Assembly: GCA_001938485.1 (NCBI GenBank)
Contig: MQRK01183114.1
Coordinates: 1-53,073, forward strand
Length of the DNA stretch: 53,073 nt
Direction: 5' to 3'
Source of the DNA: Girardia tigrina
Taxonomy: Eukaryota
Every line of letters begins with the position of its first letter. Positions within the stretch are counted from its first letter, which is position 1. The notes beneath the pieces are model-generated. The model had not been told where the DNA came from. It made no database searches and saw only the letters and a list, made by a program, of their open reading frames with translations. The translations under genes were made by a program, and so were the position numbers. Of the stretch, positions 36,075 to 46,998 are shown in pieces.

Positions 36075-37944
36075 TTAAACTGGTCGAGGAGTACTCCTTT
36101 TCCCTTGAACGTCCCAGATAAGATCATTATGAGAGGTGTATATTCGATTTGTGGAAAGGTAATTGGTCATTACCCGATTGGAAATTGGTTGCGTGTAGCA
36201 TGTAGCTACATAAAACGGTCGTGTAATGGATTACAATGAAATGAACCGGTAAATGGAGAGTCTTAATTTTATTCGTGAAGTAATGGATCGCATTAGTAAT
36301 TCAGATCTAGTACTAGGTCGTTGGAATGTGTATATGAGCCGAAAATGTACAATATGATGCGATACAAGTTCTATTGCAATCGGATGTGTGTTGCATATCG
36401 GAGACCATGATCGAAGATGAAAGCTGGTTAAGACAAGAAAATGATTGTGCACATATAAGCATTGCTGAACTTGAAGCGATTATAAAATGAATTAACTTGG
36501 CTTTGAAGTGGAATATGAAGAAGTTATTAATAATTACAGATTAATGGTTGGCTCGCAGCGTTGAAGACAAGAAAAAGCCGAATAAAAGTAACCGGAATGA
36601 GTGAGATATTGGTCAGGAGACGTTTGGCTATGATAGAACGTATTTTAAAAGAGTCCGAAATAGATTGGGAGTGTGATTGGGTTCGCTCTGAACTAAACAA
36701 GGCAAATGTCTTAACTAGAGTACCAAGAAAATGGGCAGAAAGGAAATGTTGTATTGTTCAACAAGAGAGAAAATTAAATGAGGCAAGAAGGAGTCATGAG
36801 CGACATCATTTTGGGATCGAGAAAAGGAGTCTGATAGCAGAAAAGAAGGTATTGAAGTGTTGAAAAATGATATGGAAAGTGTTGTTCAAAACTGTCAACG
36901 GTGTAGTAGTATTGATCCCGCCCCTATAAAAACACCAAAGGGATCATTATCGGTAGAAAAATGTTGGGAAAGATTGGCTATAGATCATACTCATTACAAG
37001 AATAGAGTATATTTATCAGTAATTGATTGTGGATCCAGTCGATTTTCTATTTGGGGAGAAGTAAAAACTGAAGGAGCCGACGACATAATAAAAATTCTCG
37101 ATGAATTATTTATGTAGCATGGAGCTCCCACGAAATTCTTGTTGAAAATCGAGCAGCTTTTACGGGTGACAAATTCAAATACTTGTGTATTAAATGGAGT
37201 GTTAAGATAGACTATCGATGTATGCATAGACCCAGTACGAACGGTATTGTGCAGTGCTGTCACGGTACGATAAAAAGAATAGCGGAGAGATCGAATATTG
37301 CTATTGCTGAAGCTGTGTATTGCTATAATATAGGTCCGAAAAGAAGAAAGGTGGAATTAAATCACCAAGTGATATATTATTTAACTATAATTGGAGGATA
37401 ATGGGTGAAATAATAAACGTGGAACCGATAAGTGACGACTGTAGAATTTTTGAAGTAGGAGAGAAAGTGTATGTCAAGCCGAGTCAACATGTTCGATGTA
37501 CAAGTCAATGGGGTCGAGGTATAATCATAGCAAAAATTAGTCACAAGAAATACGAAGTAGACGGAGTTCCGAGACATATTCAGGATTTCAGAAAACGATC
37601 TGACGATCAGAATAATCTTGAAAACGAGTTTATTGATGATTTAGAAAACAGTGAAGACGAGAGCGAAGCAGTTGATGAGGTGTCGAGTGTTAAAGAGATA
37701 AATGACCAAACAAATCGTGACGAGCAACGCAGAAGCGACCGAGAGAGAAGAGAACCACCATGGCAAAGAGATTACGAAATGGATACCTGATATTTGGCGG
37801 AGATGTAATAATGTTGTAAATTATTCGAAATTAAATTTGTTTAAATACGTGATAAAAAGCGTAAAAACAGAATTTGATTTTTTGTGTTGTACTTAAATAA
37901 ACTTTGTTGTTGTTTAGTGGTGTTCCACTTCTGGTGAAACTACA
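36075..37944 (+). mobile_element. LTR retrotransposon 3' part: RT thumb, RNase H, integrase, PPT, 3' LTR (37804-37944)
   Basis: YSICGKVIGHYPIGNWLRVACSYIKR; *CDTSSIAIG; HISIAELEA; NKANVLTR; HERHHFG...CQRCSSIDP (HHCC); RLAIDHTHY...VIDCGSSRF; NGIVQCCHGTIK; ORF ends 37790. GGCGGAGA is followed by TGTAATA...AATAAA...ACTACA. Confidence 0.9.
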
Positions 37945-38249
37945 CTAAAAACCTTAAACTCCAAAATTAGAAAACTTATAAAATACTTTAAAATTAAAAA
38001 GTTCAAAAATTTCAAAACTCGAAAAACCAAAAAAATAAAAAATTAAAAAAATGTTTACAGAATATTTTGTTTAAATTCATAATTTTTGCATATTTGTTTA
38101 TTGCCTATTGAGACATCTGGTAACTTTTCATAGATTTTCAGGATTTTCGCACGTCTAAAAAATTCTTTTTGTAGATTTTTGACATTTTCTAGAGGTCACT
38201 TAAATGATCCAAAATTGAGGTCACACTGAAATTAAAGCATGAAATTGTC

Positions 38250-38746
38250 TGCTTTCAAGATCAAAACAAGTCAATCAAACAAAATGGCATAGCACTTCAT
38301 TTTGATATCAAAATACAAACGATTAGTGACACTTTGACAAACATAGAAAAAATCATAAACCAATATAATACAGAACTCAAAACAGAAATTTATGTCAATA
38401 TCAGCGGAAGTGCATTTTGAAGATTTTGTGAATTTAGACAATAGCCTGGCAATTACTGGAGGATTCACTGACATGGAGATAAGGTTTTTGTGCTGTTAAC
38501 TCAGCACAAAAAGACGTGTTGAATAATCTGGAAAATAAGTATGATGATTTTGTGGAATTTACTGTTTCCACTTATCAGAAAACAGTTGAAACACTGCAAA
38601 CAGAACAGCGCTTCTTCGTGACTCACTCTGATTTTAGTGAATATCATCTCCATGCTGTTGAAAATCTGATTGAAGATTTATTGCTCCTATTGGTAAAGAC
38701 AAACAGACAACCAAAAATAACTAATTTATTTCACATGAGAGAATAA
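38250..38746 (+). mobile_element. Tigger transposase C-terminal remnant
   Basis: EVHFEDFVNLDNSLAITGGFTDMEI and terminal RQPKITNLF match Tigger C-terminal motifs (FEDFV-x2-D...TD-x-EI; Q-x-KITDFF). Confidence 0.6.
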
Positions 38747-39113
38747 TATGTAATAAGATATGAATTGATGCAGTAATATGGTTGTCACTGTTTAACGTTG
38801 CTTATTGTACTTTGTGAAAATAATGTACATTTGATGTTATAGTAGTTTATCTATTTAGTTTTATTTGATAAATGTCTTGTTAACATAAATTTCTTTCTTT
38901 ATTTCGCTATCTGAGAATGATATAAATGACCATTCTAAATGACCTTTATTGTAAGTAAAATTATACATATACCTTACATATAAAAAGATTATTGCAAAAT
39001 GATTCCCTTCTGTGACCTTCATGGTAACAGAGAAGCTTCTTCGAAAAACAAAGCATTACTCCACTTTGTTACAAATTCGATGGATCGTGAAAGTTTTAGT
39101 GTAATTCAAGATC

Positions 39114-39213
39114 AATTCTATGAAAATTGACAGGATTAACCAAAGACCGAGCCATTTCTCGATGGAAATATATTCAGAAGCTGACAGAAAGTTTTTAGAT
39201 CAGATAGAGGAAA
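39114..39213 (+). repeat. 100-bp inverted copy of 40731-40830 (BEL integrase tail)
   Basis: Reverse-complement match with four mismatches counted by eye. Confidence 0.9.
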
Positions 39214-39721
39214 GGTCATTATGACCCATGAACAATTAACCGTGTTTAATATACGCCTTTACAAAAACATATGATTCTGATGATAACCAGACACGATTGA
39301 TTTTTATTTAAAACGTTTTCTCTCTAACGCTTTTATAATATTTGAGACGAATCTTAGGAAACGCTCTACTAAAGCGGTGCTGAAACAACACAAAATCTTT
39401 AATCGTTAAAGGATGGACGTTTGTTTTATTCGAATTGATGTTGTGAGGAATCTTTGAATGTTTCTTTGAATATTCTGTGTTAATTATGGATTGTGTTCCT
39501 CCTACAAGATGGTTGATTTATATTTAAATTCTAATTATCAGAAACTGATTTAATTTTATTGTTTAAATTTAGATTTAATTTATTTTAAATTTGTGAAATA
39601 ACTTTCAAATGTATATGGTTAGAATAATTTATTTAAAATTTTTAAATGAATTAATTAAATAAATATTTTTAAAAATAATTAATCTGCCTTTTAATTTTAA
39701 CCAATATAATTTATACATATT

Positions 39722-41229
39722 TGTGATGGTGATAGCAAAGAATGCTCATGTACGTGATTGTGGCACTGTAGTGTCGGTAGGGTGTCGCTAGATAATCGAG
39801 AAGACTAATTTATATCACCATTATCGATATTCGATTGATAGTCATTCGTTGTTATTTTCCGACAAATTTCGTAACCATTTATTTCATTTTCATTTATTTA
39901 ATTTGAGATTTGCTAAATTTATGTGACAAATAATTCGAATATTTTGATCAACTTTATGTTTTCCGATTTTCCTAACACCATAATTCCTGGTGAGAGTATT
40001 TTTGAAATTTTCTTTAAATAATTCAATCTAAGGTTTTTCAGACGAAAGCGTTTTCACTTTCTTGATGGTAGAATTTATCATCGATAATAGAATGATACGT
40101 CTAAAATTATCGTCTATGATAATTTGCTTACCTTCTCAGGATGGATCGAACATTAAGTCTCCCTCTGATCACTTATCCTCAGATCCAAATTCACTCACCG
40201 CAAAATCAATCAAACGAATCACTCGTTCATTTTTCATACCATTTTACACACAACAATATTCCCAACATCTGAATTTTAGTTACTCACCTTAATTAGAGCT
40301 ATCGGGCTCTCAAAGCAAAAAATCTGCTCAACAACACATTTTGACCAAATCGTTGCATTTCTATCATCTTTACTCTCATGACGATCTTGTTTCATTTGAC
40401 TCCAACAGGCAAATTCGGTTTTGCGATTGACCTCTTCAATATTTCCAATTCTGAATCACAACATGGACTGACCTGGACTAATCGTCCCTCATTAATATCT
40501 TATTGGATTTCCCTCATCCAACTCCAGTTTACAGAGCATGTTTACGGCAATTCAATAAATTTTTCTTCCAATCTCTATCAACATCTCAGACCACATCCTC
40601 TCGTCCTGGGTAGAATTGTTTTATTTTCCTGACCTTATAATGTACCTCTCGGTTATTTTGCTAAAAAATTTATACGTAATCGTTTGGCAGAAATTAGACT
40701 TTTCATTTTCACTTTTCACGGGTTATCTGATTTCCTCCATCTGATCTAAAAACGTTCTGTCAGCTTCTGAATATATTTCCATCGAGAAATGGCTCGGTCT
40801 TTGGTTGATCCTGTCAATTCTCATAGAATTTCTCCATCCCATCAAGCAATAATTGGATTAATTGGTATACATGGGGTTTCTTTAGAAGGATACTTCATGG
40901 TTATTAAAATTCCGTTAATTATTTCTTCCGTCAAAATTACAACTATTATTAATTCTTCTTTTGTAATTTCAGCTTAATATATAATGGTATTCTAGACTCT
41001 TTTGAGGAATTCAATCATGGCTTCATAAATCCTCCCAAGATGCAAAGCTCCCGGGGAATCAAAAATCCATCAAATTCCATATTTCTTTAACTCCCTTTTC
41101 AATTTATAATTGTCTATTTTGATCTGAATTATTTCATTTAAAGCTCCAAAAAATTATATGCCACTGTCATAAGACACTATAGAAGGTCATCCTCGTCAAC
41201 TCATAATCTATGAAACGCTCTAATAAAGG
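39722..41229 (-). mobile_element. BEL/Pao integrase 3' region with candidate PPT and 3' LTR (40152-39722)
   Basis: FIRAFHR...RG*PSIVSYDSG...GI*WIFDSPGALHLGRIYEAMI..LKR and RWKYIQKLTERF*IRWRK are BEL integrase signatures. AGAGGGAGA precedes TGTTCG (40152), and the segment ends ...CATCACA (39722). The LTR call is tentative. Confidence 0.8.
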
Positions 41230-42310
41230 TCTCTTGCTTCTTTTTGACTTTAGCCGTTGGGCAGTGACTGCACCAAATTAAGCACAAGCCTTCTCTATAT
41301 CTCTATATTTGTAGCCTCTTTTCTCAGACATTCCATACTCAATCCACTCCATTTTTTAGAATCATCTGTCCATTGCCTCTTTGGTCTTCCTCTTGGTCTT
41401 TTTCCTTCCACTCTTCCTTAAATCATAACCTTCGTTAGTGCTTGTTTTCTTATCTGATGTCCGTAGAATTTCAGCTTCCTTCTCTTGATTGTCTCTTCTA
41501 TTGATTATGATTTTTACCTAGTATTTCTGTCACTTTCATCTGGATAAAGTCATTTGTCTTCTTTTCTTTCCACATAATCTTCAACATTCTCCTGTAGCAC
41601 TTCATTTCAAAAGCTTTCAGTCTATCTATACTCTTCTGATTTATTGTCCAACTCTCGTATCCATAGAAGAGAGTTGCACAGACAATAGCCTTAGTGATCT
41701 TTATTCTTCTCTTGAGATGGATTTCTTTGAGATTAAAAACTGTTCTAAGCTTAATCATTGCGCTTGTTGCTATACCAATCCGGCTTCTGATTTCTTTTTC
41801 TCTTCCCCCATTCTCTGTGATAGTAGAGTCTAAGTATTTGAAACTCTTAACTTGTTCCAGCTTTTCCCCTTTAATATCGATTTCCAGTGTAACCTCATTG
41901 TTATGGTTTCCTAAAACCATTATTATGCTTTTAGTCAGTTGATTTTCATTACTAATTTGTTTGACGCTTTGTGTAATCTATTCATAAGTTCCTGATTCTC
42001 TGCCTCATCTTTGCCGATTAGGTCTATGTCATCAGCAAATCATAGTTTGGTTATTCTCGTTCCTCCGCAGCTTATTCAAACATCGTCCAGATCATATATC
42101 GCTTCCAAAACAATTCTCTCAAGGAAAAGGTTGAACTGTGTTGGTGAAAGAATGCAACGTTGTTTTACTCCTACAGTCGCTAAATTGTTAACTTGTCAAC
42201 ACTTTTATCTTTGCGTCTTCGTAAAGGCTCTTAATAATTTTATTAATGTTTCTATGTTGTGTTTGTTCATAGTGTGCCATAGTGTTTCGTGTTACACCCT
42301 GTCAAATTCC
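41230..42310 (-). mobile_element. RTE-clade non-LTR retrotransposon, 5'-truncated RT C-terminus
   Basis: CILSPTQFNLFLERI, GGTRITKL*FADDIDLIG, LEQVKSFKYLDSTI, FYGYESWTI, AFEMKCYRRMLKI and GKRPRGRPKRQWTDD. Confidence 0.9.
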
Positions 42311-43339
42311 ATTGTATTAGGATAAACAATACTAAAAATGCTGTAAAACAAAGAGACACTTAGAGTAATGTAAACCTATAGATCAGATGTTTTCTTTAGC
42401 TCTCCTAAAAAACATCAATGTTAAGTTAAATAGTTGCAAGTCAGATTATTAGAAGGATTTGAAGTTTATAAACGAGAGATGAACCAAACATCGAAGCATC
42501 AAGAAAGATATTAAACATCAATTGCACAGAAATAAAACTTGGATAAAGATATGAGATATCTGCATTCCAGTGAAGTCCAAAATATTTCTTTTAAATTCTT
42601 CGTATAAAGAATTTCTAAATACTGTAAAAGGTGTATTAGGTGTCAAACAGATGAATGATCTCAATTATTGACTCAATTATCCTATAAAGTGAGTATAGAT
42701 AATAATTATTCGAAATTACTGAAACCAAATATGTACTAATTTGGTATATTAGAATAATGACGTTAGGACAAATGAAAAGTTAAGTTTAACTGTTCTGTCG
42801 TACAAGCACAAAGATTTAATACATTAAGTCGTAGAGATAAATGACAGAGGAATTCGATTGAATCAAAAATACCCAGAGCTATTGTACTTATCTCTAAATA
42901 ATTCCTCCAGAAAAATAGAAATAGGTTATCATAAAAATATGTATAAAACCAATATAAAACGTAAAAACATATTTGGCAATACTGAGATTCGTTTACTCTG
43001 GAAGTGAATGTATAACATAAATTAACAGAAGGCCCAATACACAGTCAGTATATCAGAAATGATTTATTTATGAAGAAGAACGTAAATTACAAATCAGTAA
43101 CTTCTAAAAAGATTGTTAACTGATGAATTTCTGTACAAGTCTCTAAAAAGGAAAAACAATGTGGGGGTTATAAATAGAATAAGTTAGCATTAAAAGTATG
43201 ACAACCTCAACTTTTTCCATTTCATTAAGAAAAAACATGACCAATCATTTATCATTTACATGATAGGAAAAAATCCCGCTTTAATTCAGTTTTTCCAGCA
43301 TTTCCCGCTGTATTACAAATTTTTCCGTATGGTCTAGCA

Positions 43340-43600
43340 TCACTGTTTGGTAAACTGCATCCCTTTCTCTTCAAATTTAGCATTGCCAGTACTCATCTCT
43401 TCTGGAACCATTTGCATCATCTTTAATAAATTGGAATTTCACTTATGGACATGTATCCTAGCATGCTCCTAAATTTCTTTCAACTCTTCAAATAGATTGA
43501 TAATCATTTCACCCATTTCTACTGAATCGTCGCAATCATCCATATATTTCGATTCTTTTATTGTTTCTACTGTTCGTGAATATGCAAAACTATCGGTATT
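43340..43600 (-). mobile_element. BEL/Pao reverse transcriptase fragment
   Basis: TIKESKYMDDCDDSV...LKEI*EHARIHVHK*NSN corresponds to the BEL motif YMDD...AG-x3-RKW-x-SN. Confidence 0.75.
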
Positions 43601-44876
43601 TAAATTTAAAAGACTTTCAAGTTTCAAAAAATGTCATGCATTAAACATATTTTGAGATTTTTGTGCCTAAAAAACTAGTAAAGGAAATTTATAAAGGATT
43701 TCACAAAGTATGCAAAGGTTTTGGAAGACTTATGTGGAAATAATAAAATTAATGTCTTTGGCTATTGCATAAAAAAAGAAAGAACTACTTGCAACTTATT
43801 ATTTAACAACTCATTTTGAAAATTTTGAAAAGAAAAAAAATTTGACAAACATATCATAAAGTTTTTTGTCGTTAACTTGTTTTGCCTTTGTTACAGTTCT
43901 ATTTAGAGATTTTACCATAGTTTCTAATTTTATTTATATCTATATGAATTTCTTACAATAATTTTCAATCCTTTTAAACAACATTTGTTTTGCAAACATT
44001 CGTTTAGTGTCAAAACAATTTTGACAAGATACGTAGCCATCTTCGAATCTATTCAATATGTAACATATCAAACACATTAACCTTCTCAATACCTGTAACT
44101 TCAAAAAAATATTGTCTTTTGAAATTTAACAAAATTTGTGAAAACCTGAAAAAACGAAATTTAATGTCATAAAAAGTAAACTAATATGGATAAACGATAA
44201 AGATGGGGCATCCCACCTCAATAATATGTCCAAATAACTATAAATATTAGACCAAATATTAAAATCATTGCTAGAAACTTTAAGACCCTAGGTCTAAACC
44301 ATGATAATCTAGCTGTTTTCGTACCGAAATTCTTTTCCTTCATTTGACATTTATTTAATAATTCAAATTCCTTTTCCGGTTCCTTGTATATTGGACGCCT
44401 AAAAATTTTAATTGTTATTTATAATATTAAAACATATTGATAAACTTTTTTTATAAAATACAGACAGTCCCTATAACATATATAACGCGGTTTTAAAACA
44501 TATTTTGAGTTTTTGTCAACATTATAATGAAGCAATATCATGAGAGATGATTTCTTCATTTTACAAACAAATTTTGATTCACACTACGAACATCAGTTTT
44601 GAGAATCATTGTTGATCACACACTATAATCCCTTAATTAACATTCAAAATGGATAAAGTAAAACCGCCTCAATTTTAAATTTCTTTTTTTAATTTTAAAT
44701 TCAAAATTTTGACCAATATCTCTTTAAAATATAATTAATCTTTATTATGTTACCATTTAAAGGAAATATTTTAAAAATGAATTATAATCAAATTAAATCA
44801 TGAATAAATTTAAATTTAGAGTAAAATTAAATTATGTAACCAATTATAAGAAATTCTAGATTACAAACAAAAATCA

Positions 44877-44910
44877 CTGAAGATGATGTGAAAATACATC
44901 GAAACATGTC
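44877..44910 (+). ncRNA. Minimal hammerhead ribozyme core (probable solo Penelope pLTR remnant ~44780-44980)
   Basis: CTGAAGA-T-GATGT-GAAAAT-ACATC-GAAAC-AT-GTC: perfect 5-bp stem II, palindromic stem III ACATGT, GUC cleavage triplet, AATAAA just downstream. Stem I pairing is poor. Confidence 0.75.
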
Positions 44911-44979
44911 CAGAATAATAAAAAGTGCTTTAATCAAATTATTTATAAATAAAGTCAAACTAGCGTTCACGAAATTAAG

Positions 44980-45010
<31 letters not shown>

Positions 45011-45149
45011 TTCTAGGACAAAATATCACAAGTGCCAAGTATTATAAATGAAATTATTGCGATATATTTTAAACGTTGGTTGATTAATATTTAAATTCTT
45101 ATTATCTGAAACTAATTTTAACTAAATGTAATTTCCATACGTTTCAGTA

Positions 45150-45184
45150 CCCTAACCCTAACCATAACCCTAATCCTAAACTAA
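45150..45184. repeat. Interstitial telomere-like (CCCTAA)n tract
   Basis: CCCTAA CCCTAA CCATAA CCCTAA TCCTAA ACTAA. Confidence 0.8.
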
Positions 45185-46998
45185 ACATTCCGAACATTCA
45201 TCACATACATATAAACGGCTTGAAACTTAATTCAATGACTAAATAAATACAATTTGTGACTAATTATGACTTTTTTTAATGTGAAATAAATTATTATTTA
45301 GCAACAAAATAGATAAAATTCAGCAACTAATTTATTTTAGGATTGAATTTTAATGCTAAGTATTTTAATAAAAAACTAAGTTTTTATTTTATTTATATAA
45401 TGCTATGTTTTTTAACAATGGTAAGTGTTTAAAGCCCAAATGATTAAAACATAGATTCTATTAAAAAGCATAAAAATAGATTAAAAATGAAAATTCTAGT
45501 GAAAAATTAAATAAAAAATGCGACAATAATAATAAAATACCATTTAAAAAACATTATATATAAGAAAAATAAATTTTAAAAAGATAAATTGACTACCAAA
45601 AATTTTTTAATTACTTAAATTTCTACGACTATTAACCGAAAAGACTGGATTATATGAATCATCTTAATTTGTTTTCTTAGTATTTTCTCTTGGGTATAAT
45701 AAAGCAGTTACAGTTTTAGTGGGTCGCTCTCTTTTTCTTTTGCATCCTAGCATCTGATTTTGGCTTTATTTGGAATCAAATGGGCCCAGTACACTATTCT
45801 TGTCTCATATTGATTAATCATTGTTACAAATTATTCCATCAAAACTTTATTTTCCTTATAAAAACCTATATCATAATAAGCAACAAATACATGGTTATCT
45901 TCATCAGATATTGTAGATCGTTTATCTTACCCATTTCTTAATCCATTAAAATCGAGCAAACTGTACCCAATTTTCTACACCTTAACTCCGCTAAAAAATA
46001 AGTTGCTTGGTTGCCTCTAGCCTTCCTAAATTGCATTGGGCTTATAAGTCGCTTCATCAAAATATTATTTCGATTTCAATCTTGGTTATTAAAGGTAAGG
46101 CAGTATCTTTAACCAGATTAATATGCTCTAAATTATTGGAATAGATGATACGTCTATCACTATTTGGTTCTACAAGTAAATAAATTTATACAGAACAATT
46201 TATATTAGACCTTAATACCTTCTTTGGAATTTAAGTTATGAAAAGAATTTTTAAGAAAAATAACTTTCATTTTTTTAAAAAAAAGACTTTCAAATAGTAA
46301 TTTAAACTTTACAAAGAGGTCTGATAATAAAATTTTGCACTGAATAAAACCAAAACTCAAGTTTCTACATAATCATTTCTACAATGTTCCATCTCGACAG
46401 AATTATTCACAGGAAAAATTTAAATAAAAAAATTATTCATTTACCTCGAATTAACATTGCTTTCAGAAAGTAGTTTTTTCGGAGTTTTATTGTCCTAAAA
46501 TATATAAATCAAAAAGGGAATTACTAGCATAATTTTATTTCATTTCATAAGATCTATTAACAAATATTTATCAAAATATAGTAATATGTCATATTTTACG
46601 GAACAGAAAGTGACAGTAAAATATTTTTTAAGTTTAAAGTAACAGGAAAATTTTCATAAAACACTTTAAATAATTTACAAAACATAATATATCGGAATTT
46701 CGTAGTATAACAATTAATTAATTGTATCAACAACAGTCTTGCAAAGAGATAATTCCATTATTTTTATTAGCTTACTTTCTATATATATCCATGGAATTTA
46801 GAAAACTTTTTGAAAGCCTTGTACTCAATCAACTTCTTTCAAACTTGGCACACTTACTCATTTTCGATGAAATAAATGATAATATGAAAATTTGATCAAA
46901 CTAGCAAATGAAAAAAAATAAAGTATGGATATAAAAAGTTTTTTTGATTTACTAGTTTTTCGTCTTCATATGAAATATATAATAAATAGAATCCTGTT

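Noticed and set aside
40296-40312. AGAGCTATCGGGCTCT hairpin containing AGCTATC
   Set aside because: Not preceded by an LTR end and no tRNA cloverleaf; treated as chance.
42340-46200. Faint Gypsy pol-like peptides (e.g. KFIKDFTKYAK at ~43686; RT-like traces at ~45850-45950); similar traces at 49500-50550
   Set aside because: Probably very old LTR debris, but too eroded to give boundaries or a family.
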